From contig JAOPYX010000095.1 in NCBI GenBank assembly GCA_025964535.1, forward strand, positions 1 through 55,873: 55,873 nt of DNA. Reading direction: 5' to 3'. Source of the stretch: Actinomycetes bacterium. Its GTDB lineage: Bacteria; Actinomycetota; Thermoleophilia; Gaiellales; Gaiellaceae. Both the position numbers and the translations under genes were made by a program. Below, piece by piece: positions 1-7,720 of this stretch. A model generated the notes under the pieces. It worked only from the letters and a program-made list of their open reading frames with translations, searched no databases and was not told the origin of the DNA. Position 1 is the stretch's first letter. The number at the start of each line of letters is the position of its first letter.

Positions 1-570
1 GTCGCCAACTGGGAGCGCACCGTGCCGGAGGGCTTCCTCTTCACGATCAAGGCATCGCGCTACCTGACGCACGTCAAGCGCCTGCAGGATCTCGGGCCTG
101 GGCTCGAGCGCTTCACGGAGCGGCTCGAGCCGCTCCTGCACACCCCGAAGATGGGGCCGATCCTCTGGCAGCTGCCGCCGACCTTCAAGCGGGACCACGA
201 GCGGCTCGCGAACGCGCTCGCCCGGCTCCCGCCTGAGCAGCACCACGCCTTCGAGTTCCGCCACCCGAGTTGGTTCGTGGACGAGACCTACGAGTTGCTG
301 CGCGCCCACGGCGCCGCGCTCGTGATCGGTGACCGCCCGGAAGTGAAGGCGTTCCAGGCGCTCGTGCTCACCACGTCGTGGACGCTCGTCCGCTTCCACT
401 ACGGCTCGCGCGGCCGTCGCGGGAACTACAGCGAGACCGAGCTGCGTGAGTGGGCGCGCCGTCTGGAAGACTGGAGCCGTGAAGTCGAGGTGCTCGCGTA
501 CTTCAACAACGACTGGGAAGCCTTCGCCGTCCGTAACGCCCTCCGCCTGAAGGAGCTGCTCGCCACATGA
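1..570 (+). CDS. DUF72 (YecE/UPF0759-like) family protein, 5' end cut by window edge
   Basis: The frame is open from base 1. The translation (PEGFLFTIKASRYLTH, ILWQLPPTF, HAFEFRHPSW, LAYFNND) fits the DUF72 pattern. TGA 568-570 overlaps the next ATG (ATGA). Confidence 0.8.
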   Translation, partial: VANWERTVPEGFLFTIKASRYLTHVKRLQDLGPGLERFTERLEPLLHTPKMGPILWQLPPTFKRDHERLANALARLPPEQHHAFEFRHPSWFVDETYELLRAHGAALVIGDRPEVKAFQALVLTTSWTLVRFHYGSRGRRGNYSETELREWARRLEDWSREVEVLAYFNNDWEAFAVRNALRLKELLAT

Positions 571-911
571 CCTGTGTGCTGGTTGCCGATGACAATCGCC
601 AGATGGCCGAGGTCCTGCGGGCCTCGCTCGAGGATGCGGGCTACGACGTCGTCACCGCGTATTCCGGGCTCGCCGCCGTCGCGGCAATCGGGAACAACGA
701 GGTTGCGCTCGCCGTGCTCGACGTGCTGATGCCGGAGATGAGCGGCGACGCCGTCGCGGAGCGGCTGCGGCTGATCGCCCCCGGCTTGCCCGTCGTCCTC
801 ATGACCGGCGCCGACAGCTCGTTCGCCGCCGCCTCCGGGCTGCCCGTCCTCCGCAAGCCGTTTGCGCACGAGGAGCTGATCGAGACCGTCCAGCGGCTGC
901 TCGCCCGATGA
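567..911 (+). CDS. single-domain CheY-like response regulator (receiver only)
   Basis: 114 aa with acidic pocket VLVADDN, phospho-acceptor context AVLDVLMPEMSG, LMTG and RKPF motifs, and no output domain. ATGA overlaps with both neighbours. Confidence 0.85.
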   Translation: MTCVLVADDNRQMAEVLRASLEDAGYDVVTAYSGLAAVAAIGNNEVALAVLDVLMPEMSGDAVAERLRLIAPGLPVVLMTGADSSFAAASGLPVLRKPFAHEELIETVQRLLAR

Positions 912-1807
912 ACGACCAGGTAAAGCTGTCGAGCGCCGACCGCGTCCTCTTCGCGGAGGACGGGATCACGAAGGGCGACCTGTTCGAGTACTACGAGCGC
1001 GTCGGCCCGACGATCGTCCCGCACCTGCGCGACCGCCCGTTCACGATGAAGCGTTACCGCGAGGGCATTGCCGGCGACGGGTTCTTCCAGAAGCAGGCGC
1101 CGAAGGGCATGCCGTCGTGGATCCCGACCCGGCGGTTCGAGACGCACCCGCGCGAGGGTGGCTCGCGGCTCGTCGACTTCCCGCTCGTCAACTCCGTCGA
1201 CGCGCTCCTGTGGATGGTGCAGATGCACTGCATCGACATGAACGCGTGGTACTCACGGGTCGACAAGCCCGATCGCCCGGACTACGTCGTGTTCGATCTC
1301 GATCCACCTGACGAGCCAGGCGGCTTCGCTCTTGCGATCGAGGTTGCGCACCTCGTGCGCGAGCTGCTCGACGAGCTCGAGCTGCCCGGGTACGTGAAGA
1401 CGAGCGGAGCCGACGGCATCCACGTCCTCGCTCCGATCCAGCGCCGTGCGACCTTCGACGAGACGTACGCCTTCGCCGAAGCCGTGTCGCGGCTGCTCGA
1501 GGCCCGCCACCCCGGCAAGGTTACGACGGAGTGGCTGAAGAAGAAGCGGAGCGGGGTGCTCGTCGACCACCGCCAGAATGGCTGGGGCAAGACGATCGCC
1601 TCGGTCTACTCGGTGCGGCCCAAGCCGCGCGCACCGGTGTCGACACCGCTCCACTGGGACGAGTTGACCCCTGAGGTACGGCCCCGCGACTTCACCATGG
1701 AGGTTGCGCTCGAGCGGGTCGAGCGGCACGGAGACCTCTTCGCCCCCGTCCTCGAGGATCCGCGCCCGCTCGGCGCCGCGGCGCGGAAGCTGGAGGGCCT
1801 TCGCTAG
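908..1807 (+). CDS. stand-alone LigD-type NHEJ polymerase/primase domain (PolDom, AEP superfamily)
   Basis: 299 aa with a PolDom-like motif series: FFQKQAP, VDFPLVN, MNAWYSRVD, VVFDLDP, VKTSGADGIHV, VDHRQN, ASVYSVRP. No ligase or nuclease domain is fused. Confidence 0.85.
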   Translation: MNDQVKLSSADRVLFAEDGITKGDLFEYYERVGPTIVPHLRDRPFTMKRYREGIAGDGFFQKQAPKGMPSWIPTRRFETHPREGGSRLVDFPLVNSVDALLWMVQMHCIDMNAWYSRVDKPDRPDYVVFDLDPPDEPGGFALAIEVAHLVRELLDELELPGYVKTSGADGIHVLAPIQRRATFDETYAFAEAVSRLLEARHPGKVTTEWLKKKRSGVLVDHRQNGWGKTIASVYSVRPKPRAPVSTPLHWDELTPEVRPRDFTMEVALERVERHGDLFAPVLEDPRPLGAAARKLEGLR

Positions 1808-1819
1808 GCTCAAAACGAG

Positions 1820-2890
1820 ATGGAACCCGACCGCGACGCCATTCTCCGCGCCCTCGACGGAGTGATCGACCCGGAGCTCCAGCGGCCCGTTACGGAGCTC
1901 GACATGGTTCGCGACGTCTCGAGCGCGGACGGCATCGTCTCGCTGACGATCGTGCTCACGATCGCCGGCTGTCCGCTCCGCGAGTCGTTCCAGCAGCAGA
2001 TCGACAAGGTGCTCGCCGACGTCCCCGGCGTCCGCGGCTTCGAGCTCTCGTTCGGCGTCATGACGCCGGAGGAGCGCCAGGCGCTCACGACCAAGCTGCG
2101 CGGCGGGGCAACCGAGCGCGACACCGTGATCCGGCTTCCGCGCGACTGCCGCGTGATCGCGGTCGCAAGCGGCAAGGGCGGCGTCGGCAAGTCGTCGCTC
2201 ACCGCCAACCTCGCGGTCGCGTTCTCGCAGATGGGAAAGCGCGTCGGCATCCTCGACGCCGACATCTACGGCCACTCGATCCCGCACATCCTCGGCATCC
2301 ACCAGAAGCCCGTCGCAGTCGACGAGATGATCGTGCCGCCGGTGAAGGACGGGCTGAAGCTGATGTCGATCGGCTTCTTCCTCGACGACAACGAGCCCGT
2401 GATGTGGCGCGGGCCGATGCTGCACCGCGCGCTCGAGCAGTTCCTCACCGACGTGCACTGGGGCGACCTCGACGTGCTGGTCATCGACATGCCGCCCGGA
2501 ACCGGCGACATCTCGATCTCGCTCGGCCAGCTCCTGCCACGCGCAGAGGTCGTGGTCGTCACGACACCGCAGAAGCTCGCGCAAGACGTCGCGTCGCGCG
2601 CCGCGAGCATGGCCCGCAAGACGAACATGCGGCTCCTCGGCGTGATCGAGAACATGACCGGCGAGGTCTTCGGCACGGGCGGCGGCGAGTCGCTCGCCGG
2701 ACAGCTCGACGTCCCGCTCCTCGGCCAGGTGCCGCTCGATCCGCTCCTTCGCGAGCAGGGCGATCTCGGCGAGCCGATCGTCGCGTCGCACCCCGATTCG
2801 GAGAGCGCGCAGACGATCGTCGGGATCGCGGAGGCGATCGCCGCCCGCACGACGGGCAGCATCGTCAAGTCGCTTCCACTCGTCAGCTGA
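1820..2890 (+). CDS. Mrp/ApbC/NBP35-family P-loop ATPase with N-terminal DUF59-like domain
   Basis: DUF59-like N-terminus (DPELQRPVTELDMV, IAGCP), deviant Walker A SGKGGVGKSS, DADIYGHS, VIDMPPGTGD and VIENM motifs. Confidence 0.9.
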   Translation: MEPDRDAILRALDGVIDPELQRPVTELDMVRDVSSADGIVSLTIVLTIAGCPLRESFQQQIDKVLADVPGVRGFELSFGVMTPEERQALTTKLRGGATERDTVIRLPRDCRVIAVASGKGGVGKSSLTANLAVAFSQMGKRVGILDADIYGHSIPHILGIHQKPVAVDEMIVPPVKDGLKLMSIGFFLDDNEPVMWRGPMLHRALEQFLTDVHWGDLDVLVIDMPPGTGDISISLGQLLPRAEVVVVTTPQKLAQDVASRAASMARKTNMRLLGVIENMTGEVFGTGGGESLAGQLDVPLLGQVPLDPLLREQGDLGEPIVASHPDSESAQTIVGIAEAIAARTTGSIVKSLPLVS

Positions 2891-3273
2891 TGGCCGACAA
2901 TGTCGCCGCGGTTCGAGAGGTCTACGAGCTCGCCCGCCGCGCCAAGCACGCCGAGCTGCGGACGCGCCTGCACGAGGACATCACCTGGCAGCCTGCACGC
3001 GAGGGCGCCTGGAAGCCCTGTGCCAACGCCGAGGAGGTCGTGCGCACGCTGCTCTGGCGCGCCGACGCGAACCGGATGCGTCCCGGCGAGATGATCAACG
3101 TCGGTGACCGTGTGCTCGTGCAGCTACGCGGCAAGCGGCTCGAACGGCTCGGTGCCAAAGGGTTCATCCCGCGCCTCTTCCAGGTGATCGTCGTGCGTGA
3201 GGGAAAGGTCGCGAGCATTCGCGATTACGCGCGCCGCGAGGACGCGCTTGCGGCCGCCGGGCTGAGGGCATAG
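2890..3273 (+). CDS. small NTF2/SnoaL-like fold protein (tentative)
   Basis: ATG 2890 shares its A with the upstream TGA. The 127-aa product (VREVYELARR, GDRVLVQL, VIVVREGKVASIRDY) resembles SnoaL-like proteins. The Arg-rich upstream part of the listed 289-aa ORF overlaps the Mrp gene and is discounted. Confidence 0.5.
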   Translation: MADNVAAVREVYELARRAKHAELRTRLHEDITWQPAREGAWKPCANAEEVVRTLLWRADANRMRPGEMINVGDRVLVQLRGKRLERLGAKGFIPRLFQVIVVREGKVASIRDYARREDALAAAGLRA

Positions 3274-3279
3274 GAGGCC

Positions 3280-4041
3280 GTGGCCGCCGCCGCATTCTTC
3301 GACCTCGACCGCACCTTGCTGCGCCGATCCTCGGCGCTCGCGCTCGCGGGAACGTTCCGCCAGCGCGGCCTCATCTCTCGCCGGCAGCTGGCAAACGCGG
3401 CGGCCTGGCAGCTCCTGTTCGTCCTGCGCGGCGCGAACCACGAGATGGTGCGTCGCGCGGCCGAGGACGGGCTCATCCTGCTGCGCGGGTTCACGCCCGA
3501 CAAGATGCGCGCGCTCGTGGCCGACGCGATGGAGCCGGTGCTCCGCCCGCTCGTCTACGCCGAGCCGCTGCACCTCGTCGAGCAGCACCGCGAGCGTGGC
3601 GAGCCCGTGTTCATCGTCTCGGCCACGCTGCAGGAGATCGTCGAGGGAATCGCCGACGAGCTCGGCTTCGACGGCGCGCTCGGCACGACCTGCGAGGTCG
3701 TCGACGGCGTCTACACCGGGCATGCCGTCCGCGCGCTTCACGCGCAGAACAAGGCGGAGTGCGTACGAGAGCTCGCAGAGCACCGCGGCTTCGACCTCGC
3801 GGAGTCCACCGCGTACTCCGACAGCCACACCGACCTGCCGTTCCTCGAGGCCGTCGGCCATCCCGTCGTCGTCAACCCCGACCGCGAGCTGCGCCGCATC
3901 GCACGCGAGCGCGGCTGGCCGATCCTCGAGTTCGGTGCGCAGGCGTACCCGCACGCGCGCCGCCGCGTACCGCCGGTGCTCTGGGCCGCCGCCGGGCTGT
4001 TCGGCGCCGGGCTGGCCGTGAGCAGGCGCCGTGGAGGCTGA
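3280..4041 (+). CDS. HAD-IB family hydrolase (SerB-like), C-terminal hydrophobic tail
   Basis: N-terminal DxD motif FFDLDRTLL, then VSATLQ and YSDSHTDLPFLE motifs. The C-terminal stretch VLWAAAGLFGAGLAV looks like a membrane anchor. Confidence 0.8.
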   Translation: MAAAAFFDLDRTLLRRSSALALAGTFRQRGLISRRQLANAAAWQLLFVLRGANHEMVRRAAEDGLILLRGFTPDKMRALVADAMEPVLRPLVYAEPLHLVEQHRERGEPVFIVSATLQEIVEGIADELGFDGALGTTCEVVDGVYTGHAVRALHAQNKAECVRELAEHRGFDLAESTAYSDSHTDLPFLEAVGHPVVVNPDRELRRIARERGWPILEFGAQAYPHARRRVPPVLWAAAGLFGAGLAVSRRRGG

Positions 4042-4768
4042 GGAGGCGCACGCCCGGCTGCGCGCCCTCGGCTTCGACGAGGACGACAGCCAACGCCTCT
4101 TCGCGCACTTCTCCGACGCCGAGGCGCGCGGCAAGCGTGGCCACGGCTTCTCGCGCATCGAGTGGCTCGCGACGCTCGAGCTCGACACGGCGGCGCGACC
4201 CGAGCGCATCCAGGCAGAGCCCGGCTTCGAGCGCTGGCACGGTCGCGGCGCGCTCGGCTACCTCGTGCTCGACGCCGTCGTGCGGGCACAGCTGGCCGAT
4301 CCGCCGGCCACGGCACGGGTCGTCGTCTGCGAGGACACGTTTCCGACCGGGATGCTCGGCGGCTGGGTGCGCCGGCTCGCAGACGGAGGCCTCGTCGCGG
4401 CACTCACTGCGACGTCGCCCGCGCGACTCGCGCATCCCGACGGCGGGCCGGCGCTGATCGGGACGACACCGCTCGCGATCGGCATCCCGAGCACCGACGG
4501 CGACCCGGTCGTCAGCGACGTGTCGATGGGGCAGGTGACGCATGGCGATGTGCTCGCCGGGCATGCGCGACCGGACGAGCTCGTCCCTTTCGGCGGCGAG
4601 CACGCCCACAAGGCGTTCGCCCTCGGCCTCGGACTGCAGTTGCTCGTCCAGGCGCTCGTCCGCGAGCACGCTTTCGGAGCGGTGCTGCTCGTCGCGCGAC
4701 CGGACGGCGATCCCGTGCCCGCGCTTCGCGCGCAGGCCGAAGGCGTGCGCCTACCCGGCGACCGTTAG
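4031..4768 (+). CDS. short Ldh_2 (malate/L-lactate dehydrogenase type 2)-like oxidoreductase
   Basis: GKRGHGFSRIEWL, IGTTPLAIGIP and LVPFGGEHAHKAFALGLGLQLL align by eye with the Ldh_2/YbiC family. At 245 aa it is clearly shorter than typical members. Confidence 0.5.
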   Translation: MEAEEAHARLRALGFDEDDSQRLFAHFSDAEARGKRGHGFSRIEWLATLELDTAARPERIQAEPGFERWHGRGALGYLVLDAVVRAQLADPPATARVVVCEDTFPTGMLGGWVRRLADGGLVAALTATSPARLAHPDGGPALIGTTPLAIGIPSTDGDPVVSDVSMGQVTHGDVLAGHARPDELVPFGGEHAHKAFALGLGLQLLVQALVREHAFGAVLLVARPDGDPVPALRAQAEGVRLPGDR

Positions 4769-5386
4769 CTCGGCGAAGCGCGGATCGTCGCGAATCGAGG
4801 CGAAGTCCTCGTCCTTCGCGGCGTGCTCGCGGAAGCGGGCCTCGGCGTCGATCGCGGCCTTCAGTTCGACGAGGGCGCGCTCCGTGTTGCCCGAGAGTGC
4901 CTCGACGCAGGCGAGTTGGTAGCGCACGGCCCCGGCATCGTGTTCTCGGAGCGCCTTCTCGAGCAGGCGCCGCGCGGTGTCGTAGTCGCCCGCGGCCATG
5001 GACGGCAGGGCAGGGAAGAAGTACTCCCAGGCGGAGATCTCGTGCTGCCCCGGTCGCCCACCGATCGCGAGCACCGTCGTATTCGGCTCCTTCGCAACTG
5101 CAGACCGCTGCTGCGCGGGATCGTCGAGATACACGAGCGTCCCCGCAGGCGCGTCGACCTCCTCGCCGTCGACGGTGAACGTCGCGTGCCCGGTGACGAC
5201 TGCGTAGACCTCCTCGTGGCCCAGCTGCGACTCGGTGTGATCCTCGACGACCTCGTCGCCTGCGTTCGCCGCCGTGTACGCGTTGATGCCGAACGCGGTC
5301 ACGCCGAGCGTCTTCCGCACGGGCTTCCAGACGAGCGAGCCGAAGACCGGGATGCCTTCCACCTCGTCGAGCGAGAGCCGCTTCAT
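4751..5386 (-). CDS. cupin-domain protein with C-terminal TPR-like helical region
   Basis: ATG at 5386 (ATGA overlap with the upstream stop). Cupin core HEEVYAVVTGHATFTVDGEEV, then a helical tail (DYDTARRLLEKAL, YQLACVEALSGN). The longer listed ORF upstream is Arg-rich overlap. Confidence 0.6.
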   Translation of the reverse strand: MKRLSLDEVEGIPVFGSLVWKPVRKTLGVTAFGINAYTAANAGDEVVEDHTESQLGHEEVYAVVTGHATFTVDGEEVDAPAGTLVYLDDPAQQRSAVAKEPNTTVLAIGGRPGQHEISAWEYFFPALPSMAAGDYDTARRLLEKALREHDAGAVRYQLACVEALSGNTERALVELKAAIDAEARFREHAAKDEDFASIRDDPRFAELTVAG

Positions 5387-6222
5387 CGAGAGACCTCCCG
5401 GAGCGCTTCGAGGACCACCGGGTCGATCGACTCCGCGCCGTCGATCCGCTCTTCGAGGTTCTCGACGCCGGCCCAGCTCGGCAGGGTGGCCTGGAGCTCG
5501 CCCTCGTAGCCGAGCCGTGCCAGCCGCTCGCGCACCTCGTCGCCGAGCGCGCCGTCGAGCGGCAGCCAGTCCTCGCGCGGTGTAACGCCGAACAACCGGT
5601 CGTGGAGCGCGTAGATCCGGCGCAGCTCCTCGATCGGATTCGGATGGTCGTCGACGCGAAGGTCGATGACGATGTCGGAGAGCTGCGCGTACCCGCCGTT
5701 TCGCTGCACGACGAGTAGCGACGCCGATTGCTGCCCCCGCCGGTCGCCTCCCGCGACCTGCGCCGCGGTGAGGCAGTCGAGCAACCGTTGCGCGAGCCCG
5801 AGGTGCGTCGTCGCTTCGAATGTCGCCGCGAGCGCGTCCACCGTCTCTGCGCCGACGAGGATGTTGCCCTGGGCCGCATACGACGGCCCGGTGCGATGTC
5901 CCGCCCACGCGTTGCAGCCGGGCCCGGTCCAGCTTGCGGAGCCGCCGGTCGCGTCGACCACACCGACCTGTCGCTCGTTGCGACCGTCGTCGGCCGCGAC
6001 CAGACGCTGTACGACCTCCTCGGCGTTCAAGCCGTCGCGCAACAGCGCCAGTCCGTCCCGCCCGTAGCGCGGGTTCGCGTGCGCCTGCGTGGCGATCGCG
6101 CCGACGCCGGGCTCGGCCCACGGCACGACCGAGCCGACCGCGAGGAACTTCGACTGGACCGCGACGCCCCACTGTGCGGCGTCGAGATCGCACGCGGCGA
6201 TCGAGTACGTCGCGATGATCAC
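5383..6222 (-). CDS. DUF1028 family (Ntn-hydrolase-like) protein with C-terminal peptidoglycan-binding-like module
   Basis: GTG at 6222 (GTGA overlap). N-terminus IIATYSIAACD, then WGVAVQSKFLAVG and GNILVG, typical of DUF1028. C-terminal RERLARLGYEG segment. Confidence 0.8.
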   Translation of the reverse strand: MIIATYSIAACDLDAAQWGVAVQSKFLAVGSVVPWAEPGVGAIATQAHANPRYGRDGLALLRDGLNAEEVVQRLVAADDGRNERQVGVVDATGGSASWTGPGCNAWAGHRTGPSYAAQGNILVGAETVDALAATFEATTHLGLAQRLLDCLTAAQVAGGDRRGQQSASLLVVQRNGGYAQLSDIVIDLRVDDHPNPIEELRRIYALHDRLFGVTPREDWLPLDGALGDEVRERLARLGYEGELQATLPSWAGVENLEERIDGAESIDPVVLEALREVSR

Positions 6223-6494
6223 CCGTAGGTCAACTCCGTCAGATCGAGGTCGAGCAGCTCCGGCCGGTCGTCGGGGACGACGACGCACGACACCTCCGGG
6301 CGCGCAAGCGCCGCCTTGATCTGCTCCGCGGAGCCGGCACGCACGACGACCGGCGTGCCGGCATCGAACGCTGCGCGCAACTGCACGACGTCGTCGATCG
6401 CGTCGAGTACGAGCGCGCCGTCGAGCTCCACGTCGCCTACGAGCGCGAGCTCCGGCACACGCCGTCCCGTCGCCCCGAACCAACGCTCCCTCAC
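6219..6494 (-). CDS. hypothetical small protein (91 aa)
   Basis: GTG 6494 overlaps the upstream TGA and its own TGA overlaps the downstream GTG, so it is translationally coupled on both sides. Composition looks coding. No family recognised. Confidence 0.45.
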   Translation of the reverse strand: MRERWFGATGRRVPELALVGDVELDGALVLDAIDDVVQLRAAFDAGTPVVVRAGSAEQIKAALARPEVSCVVVPDDRPELLDLDLTELTYG

Positions 6495-7186
6495 ACCGTC
6501 ACCGCATCGCCGGGCTCGAGTTGCTCCACCTTCACCCCGGAGGCGAGCTCCTGGAGCGCCTGGGGCGTTCCTGTCAGGACCGGGAACGTGCCCCAGTGGC
6601 AGGGCACGCAACGCTGCACGCCGAGCAGCTCGAGCGCGACGGCCGCCTCGCGCGGGCCCATCGTGTAGAAGTCGCCGATCGGGATGATCGCCAGGTCGGG
6701 GCTGTAGATGCGACCGATCAGCTGCATGTCACCGAACACGCATGTGTCGCCGGCGAAGTAGAGCTTCTTGCCGTCCTCCAGCTCGATCACGAAGCCGGCG
6801 GCCTCGCCGCCGTACGAGCCGTCGGGCGCGGAGCTCGAGTGAAAGGCGTTCGTGAGCGTGAACTTCACGCCGTCCACGTCGATCGTGCCGCCCTTGTTGA
6901 AGCCGATGAGCTTGTCGCCGGGAACGCCTTGGTTACCGAGCCAACCGGCGAGCTCGACCTGTGCGACGACGGTCGAGCCGTGCTTCTGCGCGATCGCCAC
7001 GGTGTCGCCGACATGGTCGGCGTGACCGTGCGTGACGGCAACGATGTCGGCCCTCTCGGGCTCCTGCTCGCCCGCCGGGCACGTCGGGTTCCCGTTCAGG
7101 AACGGGTCGACGTAGATCCGCTTGCCGGCGGCCGTGTCGATCCGGAATGTTGCGTGGCCGAGCCATGTGAGCGTCGTGTCAGCCAT
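6491..7186 (-). CDS. UPF0173-type metal-dependent hydrolase (MBL fold)
   Basis: ATG at 7186. 231 aa with LTWLGHATF, VTHGHADH and FYTMGP motifs typical of the UPF0173/YtkL-like MBL family. Confidence 0.85.
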   Translation of the reverse strand: MADTTLTWLGHATFRIDTAAGKRIYVDPFLNGNPTCPAGEQEPERADIVAVTHGHADHVGDTVAIAQKHGSTVVAQVELAGWLGNQGVPGDKLIGFNKGGTIDVDGVKFTLTNAFHSSSAPDGSYGGEAAGFVIELEDGKKLYFAGDTCVFGDMQLIGRIYSPDLAIIPIGDFYTMGPREAAVALELLGVQRCVPCHWGTFPVLTGTPQALQELASGVKVEQLEPGDAVTV

Positions 7187-7264
7187 CCGTTTCCTTTCAG
7201 GCCTGGGGTGCCTTCGAGCGTAACGAGAAGGACCGTCCGGCGCGGGGTCGAACATTTTCGGTGC

Positions 7265-7669
7265 ATGGGATCGAGGCTGCTCCCGCTGGCGCTCGCCGCC
7301 GGCGCACTTCTCGCCGACGGGGTCGGCCTCCACCGTGGCGCCTCGTACCTCGTGCTCCTGGCCGTCGTCGCCGCAGGCGCGGCCGCGTTCGTCGGCGTTG
7401 CCGACGTGCTCGAAGGCAAAGCCGCCTGGACGCGCGGAATCTCGGCCTCGCTCGCGCTCGTGCTGCTCCTGATCGGCTCGGCCGCCCGCGCGGGCGCCGC
7501 GGCCGGCGCAGCCGTTCCGCACATCGCGTTGTCCGCCGCCGTTGCCGCAGTGCTCGTCTATGCCCTGCCGCTCGTCGGCTGGCTCTTCGAGCCGCTCGCG
7601 CCCCGCCGCCGTGAGCCGCAGCGTGTTCGCGCCGCCGCCGCTCCTGCGCGCCGCGCGAAAGCTGCGTAA
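7265..7669 (+). CDS. hypothetical small membrane protein
   Basis: 134 aa with about four hydrophobic Ala/Leu/Val-rich segments. It is divergent from the MBL operon. The TAA stop lies inside a tandem repeat. No family recognised. Confidence 0.4.
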   Translation: MGSRLLPLALAAGALLADGVGLHRGASYLVLLAVVAAGAAAFVGVADVLEGKAAWTRGISASLALVLLLIGSAARAGAAAGAAVPHIALSAAVAAVLVYALPLVGWLFEPLAPRRREPQRVRAAAAPARRAKAA

Positions 7670-7720
7670 CAAGCCCAGCGCGGAAGCTGCGTAACAAGCC
7701 CCGCGCGGAAGCTGCCTAGC
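7653..7720. repeat. 25-nt tandem direct repeat, two full copies plus a partial third
   Basis: Copy 1 is gcgcgaaagctgcgtaacaagccca (7653-7677) and copy 2 is gcgcggaagctgcgtaacaagcccc (7678-7702). The first 13 nt repeat again from 7703. The repeat spans the convergent gap between two stop codons. Confidence 0.8.

Noticed and set aside
1253-2791. 512-aa ORF antisense to the LigD-PolDom and Mrp genes. Similar long antisense or offset ORFs include 3124-4209, 4512-5963, 8304-9851, 13392-14834, 14850-16370, 18101-19483, 27356-29887, 33385-35214, 34878-36353, 43180-44811, 45762-47141 and 52409-54076.
   Set aside because: Their translations are dominated by Arg/Ala/Pro/Gly/Asp runs with no recognisable motifs. 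They lie opposite or out of frame to genes with clear family signatures. This is the usual stop-codon-poor artefact of very GC-rich DNA.
4031-4768. Short Ldh_2-like gene considered as a pseudogene
   Set aside because: The frame is uninterrupted, the N- and C-terminal family motifs are in register, and I saw no continuation of homology in other frames. It is more likely a compact variant than a decayed gene.
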